NCBI GenBank assembly: GCA_965277805.1
Contig: OZ255842.1
Location: 1,024,001-1,088,000, forward strand
Source of the DNA: Candidatus Lustribacter sp.
GTDB taxonomy: Bacteria > Vulcanimicrobiota > Vulcanimicrobiia > Vulcanimicrobiales > Vulcanimicrobiaceae
Length of the DNA: 64,000 nt
Direction of reading: 5' to 3'
This document shows positions 10,076-19,513 of the stretch, piece after piece. Below the pieces are notes generated by a model. It was not told where the DNA came from, did not search any database, and saw nothing but the letters and a program-made list of their open reading frames with translations. Each line of letters starts with the position of its first letter. Positions within the stretch are counted from its first letter, which is position 1. Position numbers and translations under genes: made by a program.

Positions 10076-10159
10076 GCCGGCCATTTGCCCACACGCCTGG
10101 GCAATGCCGAGAACGGAGAGTGCACCTCGATGTAGACCACGAGCCAGGTGATGTGCTCG

Positions 10160-10219
10160 CTGGGAGAAGCCAATTCACCGGCACCGGTTTCCCGGTCCGC
10201 TTCTATCTAATTACCACCA
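10160..10219 (+). pseudogene. Degenerate fragment of an shc 3' end
   Basis: Aligns to shc 9885-9947 and reads FTGTGFPVRFYL versus FTGTGFPVHFYL, with small deletions. Confidence 0.8.
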
Positions 10220-10288
10220 CGGTTAGCGGTAACGGGGAAGCGGACTTTCACCGCTGAACACTCGGGTCACCCACACTGTGAGGTAGCC

Positions 10289-11071
10289 ATGACGGATCAA
10301 TGGATTACGTTCGATGGACCAGATGCGCCGTTGCGCGCGTATCTCGTGCAACCGTCGGGACCACCGCCGTGGCCGGCGCTTTTAATCATCCATCCCGTGA
10401 CGGGAATAACGGAGCACGTCCAGGAGATCGTCCGGGATTATGCCGCAGACGGCTACCTCGCCGTTGCTCCCGACCTCTACACCAACGACCGCCTATATCC
10501 GCAGCAGGCGACCGAGGATATCAACGAGGCGGCGCATATGGGGCCGAATGCCGCGAGCTGGGATGCGCATCTCGCCCATTTCGCGGAACCCCGGCGCAGC
10601 AAGATCCTCGCAGCTCGAGAGTGGATTTCAGGCCGTCCCGGCGGCGGCTACGTTAGCGAGGTGCGCGCTGCCTTCGACTACCTCAAGGCTCGCAGCGACG
10701 TCAACGCCGTCGGCGCAATCGGGTATTGTATGGGAGGGCGCCTCACCGCGACGCTCGCGGCACAGGGTGTCGACCTTGCTGCCGGTGTCATCTACTACGG
10801 CGGAAGTCCGAAGACCGACGAAGTCGCAAATATTCGCTGTCCGTTGGAAGGTCACTACGGTGTGACGGACGTCGGCATCACCGGGAAGGTCTATGAATTC
10901 GCGCAGGCCATGAAAGCGTCCGGTCTGCACTTTGCGTACTCGGTCTACGACGCCGATCATGGGTTCAACGACCCGACGGCCCACGCGTGGAACGCCGATG
11001 CCGCTCGACAAGCGCGCGAGCGCAGCAGCGAGTTCCTCGCGAAGAACCTCAAAGCGCGGGTCGCTGTCTAG
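10289..11071 (+). CDS. Dienelactone hydrolase family protein
   Basis: GYCMGG nucleophile motif, VAPDLY, IYYGG, HGF. Confidence 0.9.
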   Translation: MTDQWITFDGPDAPLRAYLVQPSGPPPWPALLIIHPVTGITEHVQEIVRDYAADGYLAVAPDLYTNDRLYPQQATEDINEAAHMGPNAASWDAHLAHFAEPRRSKILAAREWISGRPGGGYVSEVRAAFDYLKARSDVNAVGAIGYCMGGRLTATLAAQGVDLAAGVIYYGGSPKTDEVANIRCPLEGHYGVTDVGITGKVYEFAQAMKASGLHFAYSVYDADHGFNDPTAHAWNADAARQARERSSEFLAKNLKARVAV

Positions 11072-12007
11072 ATGCAGCGCCGCAGCATGGTCGGTCTTCT
11101 CGGCGGTGCGCTCGCCGCTGGGCTTCCGCGTCTCAGCGAGGCCCAAGGTACCGCCGGTATTCGGATTGCGGCATCGCTGACGGATCCGTACATGGGGCCG
11201 TATTATGCGCGCGAAGAAGGCTTCTATCAGAAAGCCGGGCTTAACGTTGACGTGCTGACGCAGCCCACGGTTGCTGCCGCCGTTAATGCCGTCGCAGCGA
11301 ATGCTGCCGACTGCGCTCAGGGCGACCTGATTCAAATTTCGAATGGCGTTTTACGTGGAATCGATTTCACCGTGTTCGCCGGCGGAGGCATCCAGCTTCC
11401 GACCACTGCGCCGGCGCTAGCACTCGCGGTCCTCAAGGACGCACCGATCCGAACCGCTCATGACCTCGAGGGAAAGAGCATCGGCGTGGTCACGCTGAAC
11501 TCGCTTAGCCAAATCGCGACGCAGGAATGGGTGCGCAAAAGCGGTGCCGATCCGTCGAAGCTCCGTTTCATCGAGCTGTCGTTCCCAACCATGCCGGGGG
11601 CACTGCAACGGAATCTGGTGAGCGCAGCCGTGGCGGTCGAACCATTTCTCACCGGCGGCGACGTGCCGTTGCGGATTCTCGAGAATATCTACAACGACAT
11701 TGCGCCGTTCTATCTCGGCTGTTGGATCACGACGCGGACGTGGCTACGGCAAAATCGCGACGTCGCGCGCAGGCTGACGTCCGTCATTTACGATACGGCA
11801 CGCTGGGCAAATGCCCATCAGGACGATACCGCTGCGATTATTGCAAAGTACACGAAGTTCACGGTTGAGGATATGAAGAAGGGCACGCGCGCCTCTTACG
11901 CCACGTCCCTCGACCCCGCATTGATGAACCCCATTCTGGAGGACGCGTACCGTTTCGGGGCCATCTCCAAGGCGGTTTCCGCAAACGACCTCACTACCCG
12001 CGTCTAA
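11072..12007 (+). CDS. SsuA/THI5-type solute-binding protein (Tat-like signal)
   Basis: MQRRSMVGLL signal; EEGFYQKAGLNV; DLEGKSIGV; ARWANAH. Confidence 0.85.
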   Translation: MQRRSMVGLLGGALAAGLPRLSEAQGTAGIRIAASLTDPYMGPYYAREEGFYQKAGLNVDVLTQPTVAAAVNAVAANAADCAQGDLIQISNGVLRGIDFTVFAGGGIQLPTTAPALALAVLKDAPIRTAHDLEGKSIGVVTLNSLSQIATQEWVRKSGADPSKLRFIELSFPTMPGALQRNLVSAAVAVEPFLTGGDVPLRILENIYNDIAPFYLGCWITTRTWLRQNRDVARRLTSVIYDTARWANAHQDDTAAIIAKYTKFTVEDMKKGTRASYATSLDPALMNPILEDAYRFGAISKAVSANDLTTRV

Positions 12008-12021
12008 CGTGGATCGACGAT

Positions 12022-13290
12022 ATGCTGACACCTGAAGAAAACGAGCGCCTTACTCGGGTCGGGCCCGGGTCGCCGATGGGGAACGTTTTCCGTAGTTACT
12101 GGATTCCCGTAGCGCTTAGCGCCGAGCTTCCGGAGGCCGACTCGGCCCCGATTCGCTTGCGGATACTCGGCGAAGACCTCGTTGCATTTCGCGACACGCA
12201 GGGCGCGGTGGGGCTGCTCGACGCCTTCTGTCCGCACCGGCGCGCGCCGATGTTCTTCGGCCGAAACGAAGAGTGCGGACTGCGCTGCGTCTATCACGGT
12301 TGGAAATTCGATCGTGACGGAACATGCGTCGACATGCCGTCGGAGCCGCCCGACTCGCTTTTTCGGACGAAGGTCCGCATTGGTGCCTATCCGACGTGGG
12401 AAGGCGGGGGGCTTGTCTGGGCCTATCTGGGCGATTCAGCGAAGCAGCCGAATCCACCCGAGTACGAACTCGTTCGCACTCCTGAGTCGCACCGCTTCGT
12501 CTCGAAGACCTACGAGCATGCAAACTACCTGCAAGCTCTCGAAGGCGGCCTCGACACATCACACTCGTCGTTTCTGCATAACAACCACTTGGACGATCCT
12601 CAGCGCTTGCGCGCGCGGGACACCGCGCCCCGCCTCGAGGTCGATCGGGCGCCGTTCGGTTACACCTACGCAGGCATTCGGCGCGCCGACGAATCGCAGA
12701 ATTACGTGCGCGCCTACCAGTACATTATGCCGAGCATCCAAGCGCGGGGCGGTACGACGACCGAGACCGGAAAGCGCGAGGCCATCCCAAAGATCGACGG
12801 CCACATTTGGATTCCGATCGACGACGAGCACACCTGGGTCTTCAACTACATGTATTCCTTCGATCCGGCGATACCGATCCCGCGCGAACATGCGCTGGCG
12901 TTCGAATCGTTCAGCGGCCGCGGACCCGACGACTTACTTCCCGGCTTTCAGCCCAAGCGCAACCTGCAGAACGACTATCTCGTCGACCGCGCTCTCCAAA
13001 AGACGAAGACGTACACCGGTATTACCGGTCTGAACACCCAAGACTTCGCCTTGCAGGAAGGCATGGGACCGATCTGCGACCGCTCGCAGGAGCATCTTGG
13101 GACAAGCGATCGCGCCATTATCGCCATGCGCCAGTTGCTACTCGAGGCGACGTACGATGTTGAGGCCGGGCGGGTGCCCCGCGGAGCCGATTCCCAAACG
13201 TGCCGCAGCGTCCGGCCGGTGGACGGCTTCGTCGATCGCGGTGCGAATTGGCGCGACGTCCTGCGCGACGAGCTCTTCGCGAAGTTCTAG
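12022..13290 (+). CDS. Rieske oxygenase alpha subunit, phthalate 4,5-dioxygenase/LigXa type
   Basis: CPHR...CVYHGWKFD Rieske motif; EGGLDTSHSSFLH mononuclear Fe; QDFALQEGMG, EHLGTSD. Confidence 0.92.
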   Translation: MLTPEENERLTRVGPGSPMGNVFRSYWIPVALSAELPEADSAPIRLRILGEDLVAFRDTQGAVGLLDAFCPHRRAPMFFGRNEECGLRCVYHGWKFDRDGTCVDMPSEPPDSLFRTKVRIGAYPTWEGGGLVWAYLGDSAKQPNPPEYELVRTPESHRFVSKTYEHANYLQALEGGLDTSHSSFLHNNHLDDPQRLRARDTAPRLEVDRAPFGYTYAGIRRADESQNYVRAYQYIMPSIQARGGTTTETGKREAIPKIDGHIWIPIDDEHTWVFNYMYSFDPAIPIPREHALAFESFSGRGPDDLLPGFQPKRNLQNDYLVDRALQKTKTYTGITGLNTQDFALQEGMGPICDRSQEHLGTSDRAIIAMRQLLLEATYDVEAGRVPRGADSQTCRSVRPVDGFVDRGANWRDVLRDELFAKF

Positions 13291-13319
13291 CCGGAACGTC
13301 GTAGCTCGGGCTGCTCCGC

Positions 13320-14831
13320 TCAGCGTAGGTGCAGCATCTGCTTCGTGTTTGTCGTCGGGGTGAGATACATCTCACCGTGCGGGTAGTCGAAGTCGATGTT
13401 GAAGAGGACGAGAAACTCCGTTCCGATCAATCCATCGTCCGCCGCTGAATAGCTTCCGCCGCCCAGGCGGAGGCCGTTGAAGTCCTGGAAGTTGTAGGTG
13501 CCCAGGCGAAACGAGTGCACGAAGATCGGGCGAACCGTTATGTCGCCGCCGACGCCCGTCAGATCGATGGGCTGCGACGAACGTTCGCCGACATTCGGAT
13601 GACGGTCCATGAAGTAATCGAAAACGGCGAAGGCCCCGAGCGAGGCTCCCGTGTCGACGATGAAGCGGGATGCCGGCACGCCGTCGAGCCCAACCGTGAC
13701 CATCGGTACTTGGCTGCCGAGACGGATGTCGACCGGGACGGTGTTTTTATCGGCCGGCGGTTGATAGGTGGCCGCAGGTGCGACGATAACCCGCTGGTGT
13801 TCGTAGTCGACGGTGACGCCGAGTGTGGCGAAGAAATCGAATCCGAGCAAACCCCCGAACTTGATGCCGGGATCGTCGTTCTTGATGCTGTCCGTGCTGA
13901 CGACGATATTATGCATCGTGAGCGAGCCAATCTTCAACTCCGATACGACGGCGTTGGATTCGTCTTCGGGCCGCGCGTTGTTGGCGTTGACGCGCCGGTT
14001 GACGAGCGATAATCCAATTTGCTTGGCCGCCGCCGGAACGATCGAAATGACGGAACTGCCCGAGTCCAACTGCATGTCGTAGGGGTGCCCGTTGATCGTG
14101 GTGTGCACGTAAATGCGGCCGGCCTCGAACTTGGCTGGGATCTGCACCGGCGAGGTTCCGGGAAACTCTACCAGCAAGCGGCGTACGCCGGGCACCGCCA
14201 CGTCGGCCGCGGTAGCCGCTCCCGGAACGCGCTCGACCCGCGTGTACTGGGTGCTGCCGGTGACGTCGGCATCCGTCCAGTGTGCCGCCAGCGTTTGCGC
14301 TCCGTACTGCCGGAAGTCGGTGTACGTGGTGGTCGTGGTGCCTCCCCGATCGGTCCATTCGTCGCGCACGATATGGTAGCTGGCGGGGTCGACGTACTCC
14401 TTATCCCCGAGGCCTTGGGAGTTGACGTCGGCGATTTCAAGCAACGGCGCGGGCGACATGACCGATCGAACCACGCCCCGTTCCTTCGCGGGGCCTTTGC
14501 TCGCGAGCGGATCCGGCTCGTTGATAACGGTGAGCCCGTTGTCATTTTGATGCCAAGCGTCGCCGTTGAACGTGCCGCGTTCGGAGTGAATCCCGCCCAC
14601 GTCGAGCGTGACGCGCCGGTCTTTTCCGACTTGAAACGTCTGCTGTTTGGCGAGGCTACCGTCGGCCAGCGTCCACGTGATCGTTTCCCGGTAGTTATCC
14701 GGATCGGGTCCGCTGGCCGTGCGCACGCGGGCATGAAGCGTAGCGGCATCCGGAACGTCGTCTGCCGTCACGATGGAATACGGCAGAACGAGGCACGCGA
14801 AAAAGAGTCCGACACACAATAATCGTCTCAT
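13320..14831 (-). CDS. Secreted two-domain retropepsin-like aspartyl protease
   Basis: Signal peptide; LDSGS and VDTGA catalytic motifs; GLLGFDFF and GLIGTEFL. Confidence 0.85.
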   Translation of the reverse strand: MRRLLCVGLFFACLVLPYSIVTADDVPDAATLHARVRTASGPDPDNYRETITWTLADGSLAKQQTFQVGKDRRVTLDVGGIHSERGTFNGDAWHQNDNGLTVINEPDPLASKGPAKERGVVRSVMSPAPLLEIADVNSQGLGDKEYVDPASYHIVRDEWTDRGGTTTTTYTDFRQYGAQTLAAHWTDADVTGSTQYTRVERVPGAATAADVAVPGVRRLLVEFPGTSPVQIPAKFEAGRIYVHTTINGHPYDMQLDSGSSVISIVPAAAKQIGLSLVNRRVNANNARPEDESNAVVSELKIGSLTMHNIVVSTDSIKNDDPGIKFGGLLGFDFFATLGVTVDYEHQRVIVAPAATYQPPADKNTVPVDIRLGSQVPMVTVGLDGVPASRFIVDTGASLGAFAVFDYFMDRHPNVGERSSQPIDLTGVGGDITVRPIFVHSFRLGTYNFQDFNGLRLGGGSYSAADDGLIGTEFLVLFNIDFDYPHGEMYLTPTTNTKQMLHLR

Positions 14832-14882
14832 TGTGGGGCGTGCTTCTACACCGGCCGGGCGAGTTTCTGCCGGCCCCTGACG

Positions 14883-15713
14883 TTACGCCCGGAGGCGCGG
14901 AAGATCGTTCGCGTCAAGCGGGACGAGAAATATGAGGTACTGTCCCGGAGCATCGATCAGCGCCGTCGTCGTGCGCGCGACTTCCACCATTCCGCCGTCG
15001 GCAACGCGCAGCCGCATCATCGCCATTGCATTGGGAGGGCTCACGACGCGCTCGTCCCAGTAGCGCGCGAACACGTCGCTTTCCATCCGCAACGCATCGA
15101 TGAGTACCTCGAATGACGGATCGTCGACGTGACGCGCGTAGCTCTCGCGCAGATAACCGGCCGTGGCGCGCGCCATCTGATCCCATTCGACCACGCGCTC
15201 GCGAAACAACGGTTTGGTGAAAATCTGCCAAGCGAGATTCCGCTCGAGGCCTTTGCCGGCCGATGAGAAGCCAACGTTTTGAGCGATCGCGTTACTGACG
15301 AGGATATCGTAGCGCGCCGAAATGATCATTGCCGAGCCGGCCGTAAAACGCTCGACCAGGACGCGGAAGTTCTTGGTCACTTCCGTTTCGTCGTCGCCAT
15401 CCGACGGCGGTATCGGCGTTCGTGAGAGAGCGAAGAGATAGTTGGTCTCGTGAGGATCGAGCTTCAATGCTTTCGCAACCGCCGCCAGCGTTTGCGGTGC
15501 GATGCCGTCGAGGTGACCGAGTTCGAGACGGGCGTACCAGCCGACGCTCATGCCCGCGAGCTCGGCGACGTCTTCGCGCCGCAGGCCCGGTACGCGCCGG
15601 CCGATCCGTTCCGGAAGTCCGACTTCGGTCGGAGTAATCCGCTTCCGCCGTGAACGAAGAAATGCGCGCAATTCTTCATTGCGAATCGTCGGCGCATGCT
15701 CTGCTGTTTGCAC
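14883..15713 (-). CDS. MmyB-like XRE HTH regulator (start approximate)
   Basis: ELRAFLRSRRKRITP...RRVPGLRREDVAELAGMSVGWYARLE plus PAS-like ligand domain. Confidence 0.88.
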   Translation of the reverse strand: MQTAEHAPTIRNEELRAFLRSRRKRITPTEVGLPERIGRRVPGLRREDVAELAGMSVGWYARLELGHLDGIAPQTLAAVAKALKLDPHETNYLFALSRTPIPPSDGDDETEVTKNFRVLVERFTAGSAMIISARYDILVSNAIAQNVGFSSAGKGLERNLAWQIFTKPLFRERVVEWDQMARATAGYLRESYARHVDDPSFEVLIDALRMESDVFARYWDERVVSPPNAMAMMRLRVADGGMVEVARTTTALIDAPGQYLIFLVPLDANDLPRLRA

Positions 15714-15948
15714 GCGCACCACGACCAATGTCGGCGGCCGAAGAGTTGCGCTAACGTGCACAAACAGTGTCTGTCTCGCGGGCTTCCGGTGCGATATCGT
15801 ATGGCATATCAGCACGACCCTCGCAAAACGCGACCGCTCCGATGCGACTAACGTCTGCAAATAAGCCGGGCTCTAAAACTTACCGCCTCGGCCCAGCGCA
15901 GACGATGAAACCCATTTCCAACAAAACAGAAAGCTCCAGTTACCAATC

Positions 15949-16422
15949 ATGAAAACCCAAGTTGCCTCAGCGTTATTCGCAGCCTCACTTGCCCTCGGCG
16001 GCCTGCCGTCGATCGCCTCGGCGGCGAACGCACCGGCCGATACCATCGCCGTGTTGCAAACCTCGGTAAGCCCCATCCAGTACGTAGTTGACGCCACCGA
16101 CGGCTCCGTCGCAAATGCCGGCGACGTACTCCACATCCAATTCGCGAACCGCGGCGACCAGACCGCGACGGCGGTTGAGTTCCAAGTGAGTTCGTTGGGC
16201 TCGCCGGTCGCAACCGTCGAAGACACCGGCACGTTCTCGAAGGACGCGATCGTGAACCACTCGTTCGCGAATGTCGGCGGCCGCAACACCACCGTCTCGG
16301 TAATCGGCGTGAAGTATGCCGATGGTTCCGAGTGGTCGGCCGACGGCCAGCAGCCGTTCGTGACGCGCCGCCAAGCCGCAGTCGCGCCGATCGTCCCCAA
16401 CGTTCCCCTGCCGGAAAACTAG
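15949..16422 (+). CDS. Secreted hypothetical protein (probable paralog of 33089..33472)
   Basis: Signal peptide; FANR...ATAVEF...DTGTFS...VNHSF...VKYADGSEW; followed by terminator. Confidence 0.75.
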   Translation: MKTQVASALFAASLALGGLPSIASAANAPADTIAVLQTSVSPIQYVVDATDGSVANAGDVLHIQFANRGDQTATAVEFQVSSLGSPVATVEDTGTFSKDAIVNHSFANVGGRNTTVSVIGVKYADGSEWSADGQQPFVTRRQAAVAPIVPNVPLPEN

Positions 16423-16457
16423 TCCCTAACGGCCCGCTAACCCAGCACACACACAAT

Positions 16458-16487
16458 GGCCCCGAAGCAACCGCTCCGGGGCCTCTT
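16458..16487 (+). terminator. Intrinsic terminator-like hairpin
   Basis: GGCCCCG-AAGCAACCGCTC-CGGGGCC followed by TCTT; weak U tract. Confidence 0.55.
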
Positions 16488-16515
16488 GTCATCCCGAGCT
16501 TGTCGAGGGACCGCC
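16487..16515 (+). repeat. REP-like palindrome (consensus copy)
   Basis: TGTCATCCCGAGCTTGTCGAGGGACCGCC. Confidence 0.9.
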
Positions 16516-16516
16516 A

Positions 16517-17686
16517 CTAACCGTGCAACGTCAGCTTTTGAACGCGCCAGTTGAGAACTTCCGCAACGTAAAGCGTATTGGCCGACGGCGCGGCCATCTG
16601 ATGGATCCAGCCGAACTGCCCGGGAAGTTTCCCGGCCCGTCCAAGCACCCCAACGACCGTCCCGTCGAGCGTCATCTTATAAATGCGTCCCGGAAACGCG
16701 TCGGCGGCGAACAGAAACTCGTTCGGCGGCGGTGAGATCGCCACGGCCCAGGGCGCGCCGGGACCTTGCGTTCCGCCGAGCGCGGCGCCCGTGGGAAGAT
16801 TACCGATCGGCGCCCGCGCGTCGGGCGGATAGTCGACGTCGATGACGATCTGCCGCAGAAGATTGCCGCCGCGGTCGAGTACCTGGATGCGGCGGTTACC
16901 GCGATCGGCGACGTAGATGCGATTCTGCGAATCGATCGCGATGCTGTGCGGCGTATTGAACTGCAGCGGTCCCTTACCGGGCGTACCCCACGACGACTTC
17001 CATATCCCATCCTTATCCGCCATCGCGATGCGCGAGTTGATGTAACCGTCGCTGATGTAGGTGTTGTCGTCGGTGTCCCACGCGACGTCGGTGACTTGGC
17101 GGAACCGCCCGTCCTCCGGGGGCAGCGGCGGGTTCGGATGCTTCAGCGGACCGGTGCCGTCGTCGGACGCCTCTTGCTTGCGCCCGAAGACCATCTCGAC
17201 GCGTCCGGCCGGCGTGAACTTCACGATCATGTCGGAACCCTTGTCGGTCACCCAGATATGATCGTGCCGGTCGACCTTCACCGTATGCGCGAACGACCAC
17301 GCATAGAGATGCTGCCCGATCTCGCGGATGAACTTGCCGTCGCTGCCGAACTCGAGCAGTTGCGTCGCGGCGGCGCCGTACGCCGGCCCGCTCGTGTTCC
17401 CGCGGGAGAGCACGAAGACGTGCCCTTGCGAATTCACCGCGACGCCGCTGCACTCACCGAGATACATGCCCGTCGGCGTCGTAATGAAATCGGCCGAGAA
17501 ATCATAGGCGATCGTCGGAACCTTCAGACCGCGGCCGGGTGGCGGCGGAAGGCTGCCGCCCGCGGCGTTGAGCTCGGCTTGGGCGACTTCCACGCCCCCG
17601 CCCATCGCGGCGGCACAGTGCGGGCACATCGCGGCCGCGGCTCCCGTTAGAGCGGCGGCGGAAACGAACAAACGGCGCGTCGGCAT
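16517..17686 (-). CDS. NHL-repeat peptidyl-alpha-hydroxyglycine alpha-amidating lyase (PAL)-family protein, Tat-like signal
   Basis: MPTRRLF signal; FAHTVKVD, TDVAWD..YISDGYINSRI, FNTPHSIAID..VADRGNRRIQV. Confidence 0.85.
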   Translation of the reverse strand: MPTRRLFVSAAALTGAAAAMCPHCAAAMGGGVEVAQAELNAAGGSLPPPPGRGLKVPTIAYDFSADFITTPTGMYLGECSGVAVNSQGHVFVLSRGNTSGPAYGAAATQLLEFGSDGKFIREIGQHLYAWSFAHTVKVDRHDHIWVTDKGSDMIVKFTPAGRVEMVFGRKQEASDDGTGPLKHPNPPLPPEDGRFRQVTDVAWDTDDNTYISDGYINSRIAMADKDGIWKSSWGTPGKGPLQFNTPHSIAIDSQNRIYVADRGNRRIQVLDRGGNLLRQIVIDVDYPPDARAPIGNLPTGAALGGTQGPGAPWAVAISPPPNEFLFAADAFPGRIYKMTLDGTVVGVLGRAGKLPGQFGWIHQMAAPSANTLYVAEVLNWRVQKLTLHG

Positions 17687-17701
17687 AGCGGACCCTCCGG
17701 T

Positions 17702-18208
17702 TTAACCGTGATAGAGTGGTGAGACTTCCATTTGTTTGAACTCGGACGCGAGATAGTCGAACATCGGCATCCACAAGAACGCGATCCAGCGGCACGGCGT
17801 GCCTTCTTCGAGATTGAAGTGCTGGTGCTCGATGCCGCCTTTTTTGATCGGCAGCAAGAAGAGATCGCCGCCTTCCCAATCCACGCGCTTGCCGTCGACC
17901 ATCGAGTAGCCTTTGCCCTCGATGATGTAGATGATGAAACCGCCCTGGTGGACGTGCTTGCCGGAGTGCGTCTTGATGTCTTGGGTGAAGACGCGCCAAT
18001 CCTGCAGCGGCGTATCCTTGTACGCTTGGCCGTTGAGGTAGTAGAACATCCGGCCTTGTTTGGTGATCATCCAGTCGCGCGGCTTGACGACGATCGGCCC
18101 GGTCTTTTGGCGCTCGTCGAACTCGGCCCGGCTTTGCAAGAACGTATCGTAGTGCGTCTTCTCGACCGGCGGCCGTTCGCGCTCGCGCGTGCGTTCGGTG
18201 TCGCTCAC
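17702..18208 (-). CDS. Cupin protein with intact His triad
   Basis: SGKHVHQGG...EGKGYS...EHQHFN; GTG overlaps upstream TGA. Confidence 0.8.
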   Translation of the reverse strand: MSDTERTRERERPPVEKTHYDTFLQSRAEFDERQKTGPIVVKPRDWMITKQGRMFYYLNGQAYKDTPLQDWRVFTQDIKTHSGKHVHQGGFIIYIIEGKGYSMVDGKRVDWEGGDLFLLPIKKGGIEHQHFNLEEGTPCRWIAFLWMPMFDYLASEFKQMEVSPLYHG

Positions 18209-18693
18209 GAGGTCGCACCCTTGACGTAGTCGGGCGAGGCTTCGATGAGATTGAATCCCGCGCCGCGATCGACGGTCGCCGTTTGGAACAGGTTCGGCTC
18301 GACGACGACGAATTTGGCCGGCTTGTCGGTGAGACCATTGAAGTGCTGCACGACGATGCCGTCGCGCCGCAGCGGCAGATTGAGCACGTCGTTTGCCGCC
18401 CACGGATGTTTGACACCGTCGACCAGCGTGTACCCCTCGCCCTCGAGGATGAACATCACCTGGCCGCCCTGGAACTGCAGGCGCCCCGAACGGCTTCCGG
18501 GCGGAAGTTCTTGCTCGTAAAAGTTCATCGTCTGCAGGCAGTTATTCTGCATCGCCGGATGCATGTACCAGCGCAGCAGGCCCATCGCGCTGTTTTCTTG
18601 CTGTTGCTTCGCGCCTTTGACGATGATGATCGGGTCTTTTAAATTTTCGCGCTGCTTGTCGCGGAGAGCAATGATCTCGTCCCAGTGGTTCAT
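18205..18693 (-). CDS. Cupin protein with degenerate metal site
   Basis: SGRLQFQGG...EGEGYT...VVQHFN; ATG 18693 with SD AAGGA. Confidence 0.8.
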   Translation of the reverse strand: MNHWDEIIALRDKQRENLKDPIIIVKGAKQQQENSAMGLLRWYMHPAMQNNCLQTMNFYEQELPPGSRSGRLQFQGGQVMFILEGEGYTLVDGVKHPWAANDVLNLPLRRDGIVVQHFNGLTDKPAKFVVVEPNLFQTATVDRGAGFNLIEASPDYVKGATS

Positions 18694-18727
18694 TTTGGTG
18701 TCCTTCAAAGAATAGAATCTGAGGTCG

Positions 18728-19513
18728 TCATGCGATCAAGCGTTGCAGGACGCCTGTCGTGTCAATTTCTTCGCGAATGATCTTGAGCTGTTCGGCTGTC
18801 GGTACGTCCGTTAGCGGAACCGCGTCTTGGTCGACGACGAGTTCGAAGCCGGTCGCTGCTTGTACGCTCTCGACCGTCTGCCCCGGATGCACCGATCGCA
18901 GCCGCATGCGCCGGTCGGGCGTCTCGAAGTCCATCACGGCGAGCGGCGTGATCACGGCGCTCGTTCCCTTCGCCCACGGCGAGCGGTACTGTTCCAACTC
19001 GGGATCTTGCACGTAGCCGGGCCCGCTGACGAAATCCACCTTCGGCACGAAGAGCCGGGCGTGGTGGTGCTGCACGTAGAGCACCGTCCGCTTGACCGAC
19101 CCCATGAACGGCAATCCGATCGTTCCCGGACCGCGCACCTTCGGATGCGCATACTCACCGATGTTGGTGATGTTGACGTTGCCGTGCTGATCGATCTGCA
19201 TCCCGCCGAAACACAAGACGCTGAAGCGGCCGGTGAATTCGAAGTCGATCAGATCGGCGAGCGGCGCGCGGTACTCGGCGCCGGTGAGATTCCGGAAGTC
19301 GGCCGCCATCTCGACCAGCTTCGGGTTTTTCGAGTTCAGCGCGCCGCAGCCGCCGTAGATGAACCACATGTTCGGCGCGTGGGTCTTTTGCGCGAGCCGG
19401 ATGCCGCACAAGGGGATCTCCGACGCGGTCCCGATCGCGGCAAAGTCGTCGTCGCGCATCTCGCGCGCGATGGCCGTCGCCATCAGTTCGGCAATCGAAT
19501 ACGCCGGCGTCAT
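18728..19513 (-). CDS. Class I CoA-transferase-fold beta subunit (GctB/IpdB-like), catalytic Glu apparently absent
   Basis: GGMQIDQHGNVN, FVPKVDFVSG, VITPLAVMDF, SVHPG..ATGF; KTHAPNMWFIYGG where GctB has YE(S)G. Confidence 0.85.
   Translation of the reverse strand: MTPAYSIAELMATAIAREMRDDDFAAIGTASEIPLCGIRLAQKTHAPNMWFIYGGCGALNSKNPKLVEMAADFRNLTGAEYRAPLADLIDFEFTGRFSVLCFGGMQIDQHGNVNITNIGEYAHPKVRGPGTIGLPFMGSVKRTVLYVQHHHARLFVPKVDFVSGPGYVQDPELEQYRSPWAKGTSAVITPLAVMDFETPDRRMRLRSVHPGQTVESVQAATGFELVVDQDAVPLTDVPTAEQLKIIREEIDTTGVLQRLIA

Noticed and set aside
10030-10257. 75-aa ORF ending in FTGTGFPVRFYL
   Set aside because: Composite of a REP and the decayed shc fragment; no sign of a real gene
17600-17686. 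CPHC motif near the PAL-like signal peptide as a redox or heme site
   Set aside because: Not CxxCH, not in a thioredoxin fold, and likely within the cleaved leader; insufficient support
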